Source of the DNA: Dehalococcoidia bacterium
GTDB lineage: Bacteria > Chloroflexota > Dehalococcoidia > Plut-88900
DNA length: 64,000 nucleotides
Direction: 5' to 3'
NCBI GenBank assembly: GCA_965249275.1
Contig: CBDFLQ010000007.1
Location: 32,001 to 96,000 of the forward strand
Below are positions 9,992 through 17,760 of this stretch, in pieces (position 1 is the stretch's first letter; every line of letters begins with the position of its first letter). The notes beneath the pieces were generated by a model. That model had not been told where the DNA came from. It did no database searches and worked only from the letters and a program-made list of their open reading frames with translations. The translations under genes and the position numbers were made by a program.

Positions 9992-10043
9992 AGATCGCCT
10001 CCTTGAGTTCTGGGAGCTTTACTTGGTCTGTGGCCGGGGTACG

Positions 10044-11033
10044 TTATGCCTTCTCGACGGCTGGAATGATCTCCTTGGCGAAAATCTCGGACTGGTCCAG
10101 CATGTCCTGGAAATCGTCGGTAGCGGTGTGCATCACGATGAAGTGGGCGACTCCCATCTTCTTTAGCCCTACCAGCCTCTCGATGATCTCGTCGGGGGTG
10201 CCGATCCAGTGACCGCTCACCAGGTCCTCGGTGGGGATGTTCCTACGGAAGTAGCCGAGCGTGCTGTCCTGGTAGCGCTTGACCGCCAGATCATGGTCCT
10301 TTTCGACGCGGAGGTCGGCCCATACGCAGAAGTCGATGTCGGAAATGGTCCTTCCATTCTCTTCGAGCATGGGGGTAAGAGATTTGAGGACTGTCGGGGT
10401 CTCGGGGTCACGGACCATGGGCCCGAGACCGTACTTGGCGGTCCTCCTGAGAGAAGCTTCGCCGTGGGCTGCCAGGTACATGGGCAGGGGCCGCTGCACG
10501 GGTTTGGGGCTAAGCTCCATGCTCCCGAACTCCACGTATTTGCCGGAATAGGAGGCCGGGCCATCGCCGTTGAGGAGCAGTTCCAGTGCGTCTAGCTTCT
10601 CGTCGAGCATGTTTCCCCGATGAGCGCCTCGGCTCCGCGGCCTTACGGTGACGAACTCCTCCCGTGATCCGCCGAGGCCCAAACCCAACAGGAACCGCCC
10701 ATTGCTGAACTGGTCCAGTGTCGCTGACTGCTTGGCCAGGATGACGGGGTCCCGTAGAGGGATGATCACCACACCGGCGCCCAGTTTTATAGTCTTCGTG
10801 ACGCCGGAAAGGCTGGCGAGACTGATCATAAGCTCGTACCAGTTGGGCTCAGCGTCGTCGGAGGGGCGGCCTCTGAGGTCGGAGACCGGGGCGGTGAAGT
10901 CGAAACCCCAAAGGGCGTAGCAGCCGAGCCGCTCGGCGTCCTGGGCGAAGCGCACTAGCTCCGCAGGCCCGGCAAAGTTGGCCGGCACCAGGAAACCCTC
11001 CATGCAATTAGGCAGGGCGATGTCGAACTTCAT
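10044..11033 (-). CDS. LLM class (F420/FMN-dependent) oxidoreductase
   Basis: PLRDPVILAKQSATLDQFSNGRFLLGLGLG, PKPVQRPLP and FAKEIIP. Confidence 0.88.
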   Translation of the reverse strand: MKFDIALPNCMEGFLVPANFAGPAELVRFAQDAERLGCYALWGFDFTAPVSDLRGRPSDDAEPNWYELMISLASLSGVTKTIKLGAGVVIIPLRDPVILAKQSATLDQFSNGRFLLGLGLGGSREEFVTVRPRSRGAHRGNMLDEKLDALELLLNGDGPASYSGKYVEFGSMELSPKPVQRPLPMYLAAHGEASLRRTAKYGLGPMVRDPETPTVLKSLTPMLEENGRTISDIDFCVWADLRVEKDHDLAVKRYQDSTLGYFRRNIPTEDLVSGHWIGTPDEIIERLVGLKKMGVAHFIVMHTATDDFQDMLDQSEIFAKEIIPAVEKA

Positions 11034-11120
11034 TGTTGTCCTCCGTGTGAGGGGTGGGGGCGGGATGGGGTTATTCTAATGGGAGGGGGGTGGGTGAGCA
11101 ATGGAGTCGATTATGGGTGC

Positions 11121-11152
11121 GGGAGTTCCGTGTCGGGGCACGGGGATGATGG
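11121..11152 (-). repeat. REP-like palindrome (CATCATCCCCGTG-CCCCGA-CACGGAACTCCC)
   Basis: Same TCAT head and CCCCGA loop as the 8809 copy, with a different but still complementary stem. Confidence 0.55.
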
Positions 11153-11184
11153 AGGAAGGAAACTGTGGAGCGTTAATCGGCAGG

Positions 11185-11526
11185 CTATTCTTCTTGCAAC
11201 AAGGCATCGACTTCTTTGGATAGTGTTGGGAGATTGGCCTCTACAACGCCCCAGACCAAACGATTGTCGACGTCCGCGTATCCATGAATCAAGACGTTGC
11301 GGAAGGCTATGATGCGCCTGTACTGGGTAATCCTGCCGACCAACTCTTCGTCCACTCCGGCAAGGCGGGTCATGGCCTCGCCTATGATCTCGAACTCCCT
11401 CTCCACCGCGGCGCACAACATTGGGTCACTTTCGTAGTCCGCAAAAGTCTTGTCTCTCGTGAACTCTTTGAGTAAGGCGACGGCACGCTTAATGTCGTGC
11501 AGGTATTTCTTCGCCTGGAGCGCCAT
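11185..11526 (-). CDS. hepT: HEPN RNase toxin (DUF86/HepT) of an MNT-HEPN TA system
   Basis: RX4HXY motif RNVLIHGY and EIIGEA; overlaps the upstream MNT gene. Confidence 0.88.
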   Translation of the reverse strand: MALQAKKYLHDIKRAVALLKEFTRDKTFADYESDPMLCAAVEREFEIIGEAMTRLAGVDEELVGRITQYRRIIAFRNVLIHGYADVDNRLVWGVVEANLPTLSKEVDALLQEE

Positions 11527-11824
11527 ATACGGACATCCTTGTCTTCTGTACCGCTTCGAGGAAGTACGGATTCCTGATAGCTGATCCGATCACCAAGTCC
11601 ACCGGCTTTCCGAATAGGCTCTCCAAGGATTCCCAGAGACCGAAATAGGCGTCCGCATAGGCCCCAAAGCCCGTGGGGCGGAATTCGACCACAAAATCCA
11701 AGTCGCTGTCCTCTGAATAGCCCTCACCGGTTGCAGCGGAGCCGAACAGACTGAGATATAGCACGTTATGCTGGCGACAAAGCCGTTCTATGTCCGCGTA
11801 ACTTTCTGCCACTGCTTCGATCAT
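11489..11824 (-). CDS. mntA: Minimal nucleotidyltransferase antitoxin
   Basis: LFGS...SDLDF nucleotidyltransferase motif and LESLFGKPVDLV. Confidence 0.85.
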   Translation of the reverse strand: MIEAVAESYADIERLCRQHNVLYLSLFGSAATGEGYSEDSDLDFVVEFRPTGFGAYADAYFGLWESLESLFGKPVDLVIGSAIRNPYFLEAVQKTRMSVYGAPGEEIPARH

Positions 11825-12040
11825 TGAGGGCTCCCGGTCTCCGGCCCCAGCCTTTGTGCTCGTCGTCAAAATGTGCTTTGGCCTCTATGTGCGGTTCCGA
11901 TATCCTGCCGCCCTCCCCCTAGAAGCCATTCTAACATGCACCCAGAGTCGTCCTGTGCCAACGCAGAATGGTGGCGATTGATGTAGTAACGGGATAAGAT
12001 TGGGGGCCGAGTCCAACACTGACAGTAGAAAGGGACCGAT

Positions 12041-12958
12041 TTGAAATTAGGCATGGCGGGCCTCGGGCGGATGGGCGCAAACATGGCACTGCGTCTGATG
12101 AGGGGCGGCCACGAAGTCGTGGCCTATGACCCGCAGCCCGATGCGGTACGCTCCATCGAGAGTGAAGGTGCTCTGGGTGCACACTCCCTTGAGGAGATGG
12201 TTGAAAGGCTGACCTCTCCCAAAGCAGTATGGGTGATGGCCCCCGCAGGAGACCCTACCGAGACCACGATTCTCGCCCTTAGTAATCTCCTATCTACCGG
12301 CAACGTGGTAGTGGATGGAGGCAATGCGTTCTACAAGGACAGCATGCGCCGAGCCGCGATGCTTAAGGAGAAGGGCATAGGGTTTCTGGACGCCGGTACC
12401 AGTGGAGGCATTTGGGGTCTGGAGGAGGGCTATTGCCTGATGGTCGGTGGGGATGAGTGGGCCTATGAATTCATGCTGCCCGCGCTTGAGACCCTGGCCC
12501 CGAGCGGAGGAGTGGGTCTCGGAAGAGTAGGAGCGGCGGGCGCAGGTCACTTCGTGAAGATGGTCCACAACGCGGTCGAATACGGACTAATGCAGGCCTA
12601 CGCCGAAGGCTTCGAATTGATGTCGGCAAGCGATAAATTTGACATAGACCTAGAGCAGGTGGCCGAGATTTGGCGTCACGGCAGTGTCGTTCGCTCATGG
12701 CTGCTGGACCTGACGGCCAGAGCTTTGAGGGATGACCCCGGACTAGAGGGCATACGGGCGTACGTGGAAGACACGGGAGAGGGGAGATGGGCGGTTCAGG
12801 AGTCAGTTGATCTGTCGGTGCCTGTGCCGGTCATCGCGGCATCGTTGCAGGCCCGGTTCCGGTCTCGGCAGGAAGAACCCCTGGGCGCGAGACTGCTGGC
12901 AGCGCTTCGAAAGGAGTTCGGGGGACACAAGGTTATGAAATCGGACGACGGAAGATAA
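12041..12958 (+). CDS. gnd: Short-form decarboxylating 6-phosphogluconate dehydrogenase
   Basis: GLGRMG, VDGGN, GTSGG, GAGHFVKMVHNAVEYG, DTGEGRW and EFGGH. Confidence 0.92.
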   Translation: MKLGMAGLGRMGANMALRLMRGGHEVVAYDPQPDAVRSIESEGALGAHSLEEMVERLTSPKAVWVMAPAGDPTETTILALSNLLSTGNVVVDGGNAFYKDSMRRAAMLKEKGIGFLDAGTSGGIWGLEEGYCLMVGGDEWAYEFMLPALETLAPSGGVGLGRVGAAGAGHFVKMVHNAVEYGLMQAYAEGFELMSASDKFDIDLEQVAEIWRHGSVVRSWLLDLTARALRDDPGLEGIRAYVEDTGEGRWAVQESVDLSVPVPVIAASLQARFRSRQEEPLGARLLAALRKEFGGHKVMKSDDGR

Positions 12959-12962
12959 AACC

Positions 12963-14381
12963 ATGAAAGAGTTGTATAAGCAGACGGCCTGGCAGATGGT
13001 AGAGCTTCTGCGGTCGCGGCAGGTCAGTCCCCTGGAGGCGATTGACGCTTCCGTGGCCCGTATCGAGGAAACGGACGGCCATCTGAACGCCCTCCCGACC
13101 CTCTGCGTGGAGCGGGCGAGGGAACATGCGAAGAGGCTGATGGCGGCGCCGCCTCGGGAGCCGGGGCGTGGGTACCTCTACGGTTTGCCCATAGCCGTGA
13201 AGGACCTGGTAGACGTGGCCGGGGTGCGATCCACCAAGGGTTCGCCCATCTACGCTAACCGGGTTCCGAGGGAGTCTTCTTACTCGGTGGAAATTCTGGA
13301 GGCCAACGGGGCGGTGGTGATAGGCAAATCCAATACACCGGAATTTGGGGCGGGTGCCAACACGTTCAACGAGGTGTTTGGGAAGACCCGGAACCCGTGG
13401 GACACCCGCACCACTTGCGGGGGCTCTTCGGGTGGGTCGGCGACTGCTTTGGCCTCGGGACAGGTCTGGCTGGCCACGGGGAGCGACCTTGGCGGCAGCC
13501 TGAGGATTCCTGCGAGCTTCTGCTCGGTGGTGGGCCTGCGCCCGAGCCCCGGCCGCGTGCCGGAGGGACCCAAGGCTCTGCCCTTCGAGACGTTGTCGGT
13601 GGATGGGCCCATGGGAAGGACAGTCGGGGATACGGCTCTTATGCTCGACGCGGAGGCAGGGCATCACCCCGGTGACCCATTGAGCTATCCCGCCCCCGAG
13701 ACCCCCTACGTGGAAGCCGTGGACAACCCCAAGCCGCCTACCCGGATCGCCTACACTCCCGACCTGGGCATCGCTCCCGTGGCGTCAGAGGTAAAGGAGA
13801 TCTGCGCCGAGGCAGTAAAGCTCTTCGATGGGATCGCCGAGGTGGAAGAGGACACCATCGACCTGCATGACGCCCGGGAGACCTTTCAGACCCTGCGCGC
13901 GTCCCAGTTCGCCGCGAATATGAAACCGCTGCTCGGAACGCATAGAGACCAGCTGAAGCCGGAAGTCATCTGGAACATCGAAAAGGGGTTGGCTTTAAGT
14001 CGGCGGGATGTAGAGAAGGCACAGGCGGCTCGCGGTGCGTTGTTTCACCGAGTCACAGCCTTCTTCCAGAAGTACGACTTGCTGGTCTGTCCAACAGTCT
14101 CGGTCCCTCCATTCGACGTGGATATCCGCTACCTCACTGAAATCGAGGGTGTGGAGCTGGAGAACTACGTCGATTGGCTGCTGCTGACCTTCGCCTTGAC
14201 CCTGACGGCTTGCCCGGCGATATCCGTGCCGTGCGGCTTTACGGAGTCGGGGTTGCCGGTCGGGCTGCAGATCGTAGGTCCGCCGAGGGGCGAAGCCCCG
14301 ATGCTCTCGGCGGCGGCCCTGTTTGAGCAGGCGGCGGGTTTGGCGTCGAAGGTGCCGATTGATCCGGTCGTAAGGCACTAG
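12963..14381 (+). CDS. Amidase-signature family amidase
   Basis: GLPIAVKD, GKSNTPEFG, GGSSGGS and GSDLGGSLRIPASFC. Confidence 0.93.
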   Translation: MKELYKQTAWQMVELLRSRQVSPLEAIDASVARIEETDGHLNALPTLCVERAREHAKRLMAAPPREPGRGYLYGLPIAVKDLVDVAGVRSTKGSPIYANRVPRESSYSVEILEANGAVVIGKSNTPEFGAGANTFNEVFGKTRNPWDTRTTCGGSSGGSATALASGQVWLATGSDLGGSLRIPASFCSVVGLRPSPGRVPEGPKALPFETLSVDGPMGRTVGDTALMLDAEAGHHPGDPLSYPAPETPYVEAVDNPKPPTRIAYTPDLGIAPVASEVKEICAEAVKLFDGIAEVEEDTIDLHDARETFQTLRASQFAANMKPLLGTHRDQLKPEVIWNIEKGLALSRRDVEKAQAARGALFHRVTAFFQKYDLLVCPTVSVPPFDVDIRYLTEIEGVELENYVDWLLLTFALTLTACPAISVPCGFTESGLPVGLQIVGPPRGEAPMLSAAALFEQAAGLASKVPIDPVVRH

Positions 14382-14488
14382 ACGGCTGGGCGAGTGGAAG
14401 ACCTGCTCAAAGAGGTGGAGGAATTTCCTGCCTATGATGGCCTCGACTTGGATTGCGATCCCGGTCTTGCATAGACCCTTGGCCACTG

Positions 14489-15640
14489 CTAGGCAATAAC
14501 CGCCAATTCCTCACTGCCGGGAGTGAGCTGTTCCAACCCCTCGTCGGTGAGCAGATAGCTGGCCCCGACCAACGCGCCGATACCCTCATCTGGAATCTGG
14601 ATGGACGTGTGGAGATAGAAGGACATTCCGGCCCGGAAGACCTCCTTGGACTCCTTTATGATGCTCATGGTGTCAACCCAGCTGGGTGGGTACGCGGCGG
14701 AGATACCAATTCCGAAGCGCATGTTGGAGAACTGGGAGAACCCCCTGCGCTCCATCGGCCCAATGGAAGCCTCCTCCGCAGCTGCAACCCTCTCGCCGAC
14801 GGCGATGGCCCGGGCCCCGGTCAGCAGCGAGTCTCGACCTGCCTCGTGCATGGAGCGGACCCGAGGACTCGGCTCTCCGAGGGAAAAGGTCTTCATGGTG
14901 ACGCACTGGTAGCGCCGGGCGATACCGGCAAACTCGATGCACACGACATCGCCATTTTCCATGATGCGGTTTGTGGCCTGGCTGTGGGCGTTGGGGGAAC
15001 GAGGCCCGCTTCTCACCCACGTGGGCATTGCGGCGTAGTCGCAGCCACGGGACCGCATGGCGTACTCGATCTCGGCGGCCAGCTGTATCTCGGAGATTCC
15101 GGGCCGGATCGCGGCCACGGCCGCTTCCATACCGACGTTGGCATATGATGCGGCTTCTCGAATATACGCAATCTCATTGGGAGACTTGACGAGCCTCAGG
15201 CTGTTGATGGCCTCGGTAGCATCAACTATCTGGGAGGGCGCAAGGGCGTCTCTGAGGCGCTGGACATAGCCCGCGGATGCTGAGAATGAGCCTAGGTCCG
15301 CGGCAATCTTCTTGCCTACCAATCCCTTCTCCCTGACCGCCTCCCCGACCAGGTCTGCCGGATTATCCTTGCCGTAGTGGAAGGTGCGGAAGTCGGTGAT
15401 CCAGGCCGTCTCTCGGGACACGGGCTCGTCCACCTCACGAATGACTAGGCTTGGATCATCGTTTCCTGTGGTGAAGATCAAGGCTTGGTCGCTGAAGAAC
15501 GTGTAGGCCTCGTGGCCGGCGAAATAGTAGAGGAGCTCGGGTGCGATGCAAATGCACCCGTCCAGGCCCTGGTCTTGGAGGAGGTGTCGGGCTCGGGCGA
15601 GGCGGTCTCGGTATTCGGTTTTCGGGAAGGCGGGTGGCAT
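14489..15640 (-). CDS. M24/creatinase-family hydrolase (ectoine hydrolase DoeA-like)
   Basis: Creatinase N-domain (EYRDRLARAR), LRLVKSPNEI and AAIRPGISE. Aminopeptidase-P metal ligands look replaced (IEFAG, RFGIGI, YLH). Confidence 0.8.
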   Translation of the reverse strand: MPPAFPKTEYRDRLARARHLLQDQGLDGCICIAPELLYYFAGHEAYTFFSDQALIFTTGNDDPSLVIREVDEPVSRETAWITDFRTFHYGKDNPADLVGEAVREKGLVGKKIAADLGSFSASAGYVQRLRDALAPSQIVDATEAINSLRLVKSPNEIAYIREAASYANVGMEAAVAAIRPGISEIQLAAEIEYAMRSRGCDYAAMPTWVRSGPRSPNAHSQATNRIMENGDVVCIEFAGIARRYQCVTMKTFSLGEPSPRVRSMHEAGRDSLLTGARAIAVGERVAAAEEASIGPMERRGFSQFSNMRFGIGISAAYPPSWVDTMSIIKESKEVFRAGMSFYLHTSIQIPDEGIGALVGASYLLTDEGLEQLTPGSEELAVIA

Positions 15641-15708
15641 GATTCGTCTCCATTAAAGGGGATTGGGGTTGAGGCATGGTACTGAATCGGCAATGAAGAT
15701 TCAATGAA

Positions 15709-15744
15709 GCATCTTGACATCAACTTGTCGTGACACTAAGATGC
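15709..15744 (+). promoter_or_regulatory. vapBC promoter with an inverted-repeat operator; leaderless mRNA
   Basis: TTGACA (15714) - 17 nt - TAAGAT (15737), ATG 6 nt later. The GCATCTT...AAGATGC inverted repeat overlaps both hexamers. Confidence 0.65.
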
Positions 15745-15748
15745 CTGC

Positions 15749-16006
15749 ATGAGAACTACCTTGACATTGGACAATGATCTGGCCGAGGCGCTCAAAGAGC
15801 GCGCCCGTCTCCTCGACATACCCTTCAAACAAGTCGTGAACGACGTACTGCGTCGAGGGCTTTCACCCGCAATCCGCGAAGAAAAGACGGTCTATCGGGT
15901 TAAACCACTCTCAGGCGAATTTCGTCCGGGAGTAGACCTTCTCAAGCTCAACCAGTTGAACGACGAACTGGAGGCCCAGGAATTCAAGCTCCATGACGTT
16001 GAATGA
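15749..16006 (+). CDS. RHH-type antitoxin (VapB-like)
   Basis: MRTTLTLDNDL..FKQVVNDVLRRGL; ATGA overlap with the PIN toxin. Confidence 0.85.
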   Translation: MRTTLTLDNDLAEALKERARLLDIPFKQVVNDVLRRGLSPAIREEKTVYRVKPLSGEFRPGVDLLKLNQLNDELEAQEFKLHDVE

Positions 16007-16428
16007 TCATCCCTGACTTGAACCTGCTGGTCTATGCCTACAACAACAGTGCACCCTTGCATAACCCGGCTCGCGAGTGGTGGGAAGGCTTGGTTAATGG
16101 GAGTGAGCGGGTCGGTATTCCGTGGGTTGTCGTGGCGGGTTTTGTGCGGCTTCTGACGCACGGGAATATACGTGAGGCCCCTGCGACGACTACCCAGGCA
16201 ATCGACTACATTCGTGAGTGGTTCCGGTTCCCGCACGTCGTGCCGATCAATCCTGGGGTCGGTCATCTAGACCACTTTCAGAGTAACCTGAAGGCTGCCG
16301 GAGTGGGCGGAAACCTTGTTACCGACGCCCATATCGCTGCTCTCGCTATGGAATACCAGGCTGAAGTACATTCCAACGACACTGATTTCAGCCGCTTCCC
16401 CGGCCTCCGTTGGCGTAATCCCCTTTAG
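16003..16428 (+). CDS. vapC: PIN-domain toxin
   Basis: IIPDLNLLVYA, NLVTDAHIAALA and SNDTDFSRFPGLRWRNPL. Confidence 0.9.
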   Translation: MIIPDLNLLVYAYNNSAPLHNPAREWWEGLVNGSERVGIPWVVVAGFVRLLTHGNIREAPATTTQAIDYIREWFRFPHVVPINPGVGHLDHFQSNLKAAGVGGNLVTDAHIAALAMEYQAEVHSNDTDFSRFPGLRWRNPL

Positions 16429-16446
16429 TCCCAATAGGAGAAGGCA

Positions 16447-17664
16447 ATGTCTCAGGTGCTTAAAGGGATAAAGGTCTTGGAACTGGGCAGCTTTGTGGCG
16501 GTGCCCGCGGCAGGGACGATTCTGTCCGACCTCGGGGCTGAGGTGGTGAAGGTCGAGCACCCTGTGACGGGAGACCCGGGCCGGGGGTTCGACGTGAACA
16601 CGAAGGGTGTGATCACTCATGAGGGAGGACTCAACGTCTCCTTCGAATTGTTGAACCGAGGCAAGAAGAGCATCGCCCTGGACCTGGCAAGCCCGGCTGG
16701 GCAGGAAGTCGTCCACCGGCTGGCCGCGCATTTCGACGTTGTTGTCACTAACCTGACGCCTCACCGGCAGGAGCGCTACCGCATGCGGTACGAAGACCTG
16801 TCGGCGGTCAACGAGAGACTGATTTACGTCGTGCTCACGGGTTACGGGATGGAGGGGCCGGAGCGGAATCGTTCGGGCTTCGACTATGCAGCTTTCTGGG
16901 CCCGGTCGGGGCTGATGGGTATGTTGGGGCAGCGGGGCGGGCCCCCTGTGCAGGAACGCCCTGCCATGGGCGACCTCACGACGGCTCTGGGTTTGACGAC
17001 CGCTGTCGGGATGGCCCTGTTTGAGCGTGAGAGGTCGGGCAAGGGGCAGCGGATCGACACCTCGCTTCTGCACACGGGGATGTGGGTCATGGGTACCGAC
17101 CTGATAGTGGCGCTCAAGGACCGGGTCCCGGTGCAGCGTAACCTCCGAACCGACGTTATAAACCCGATCTTCAACTTCTACGAGGCCAAGGACGGGAAGT
17201 GGATGCAGCTGGTGATGGTGCACGGAGACAAGTATTGGCCCAACTTTTGCCGCGCCCTGGAGATCGAGGAGCTCATTGATGATCCGAGGTTCGATTCATT
17301 GGACAAACGCTATGAGAACAACAACGAACTAATCAAAATTCTCGATGACAGGTTCGCTGAGAGGACTCGGGACGAGTGGGCCGAGCGGCTGGAGGCCGAG
17401 GGTTGTATGTGGGGCCCGGTGCAGAGCCTGGATGATGTGATAGCCGACCCCCAGGCCGAGGCCAACGGCTACTTCCTGGGCATGACCCATCCGTCAGAAG
17501 GCGATTTCACCCTGGTCTCGCCACCGCTGAAATTCACCCGTACCCCTGCCCAAATACCCGACGTGGCCCCCGAGTTCGGCCAGCACACCGAAGAGCAGCT
17601 CCTCTCCGTGGGCTACACCTGGGACGAGATATCCCGGCTCAGGGACGAAGGGGCAATAGTCTAA
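16447..17664 (+). CDS. CaiB/BaiF family III CoA-transferase
   Basis: LSDLGAEVVKVE, NRGKKSIALDL, catalytic GD (AMGDL) and APEFGQHTEE. Confidence 0.92.
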   Translation: MSQVLKGIKVLELGSFVAVPAAGTILSDLGAEVVKVEHPVTGDPGRGFDVNTKGVITHEGGLNVSFELLNRGKKSIALDLASPAGQEVVHRLAAHFDVVVTNLTPHRQERYRMRYEDLSAVNERLIYVVLTGYGMEGPERNRSGFDYAAFWARSGLMGMLGQRGGPPVQERPAMGDLTTALGLTTAVGMALFERERSGKGQRIDTSLLHTGMWVMGTDLIVALKDRVPVQRNLRTDVINPIFNFYEAKDGKWMQLVMVHGDKYWPNFCRALEIEELIDDPRFDSLDKRYENNNELIKILDDRFAERTRDEWAERLEAEGCMWGPVQSLDDVIADPQAEANGYFLGMTHPSEGDFTLVSPPLKFTRTPAQIPDVAPEFGQHTEEQLLSVGYTWDEISRLRDEGAIV

Positions 17665-17674
17665 CCGCAAAAAG

Positions 17675-17710
17675 AAAGGGGAGGACGCCTGAGCGTCCTC
17701 CCCTTTTACT
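17675..17710. terminator. Bidirectional intrinsic terminator
   Basis: 14-bp stem AAAGGGGAGGACGC-ctga-GCGTCCTCCCCTTT with A and T tracts, between convergent genes. Confidence 0.85.
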
Positions 17711-17760
17711 TTCCTCTTGTGCTATAGGGCGGCTACTTCAGCCCCCAATAGTACGGTTTC

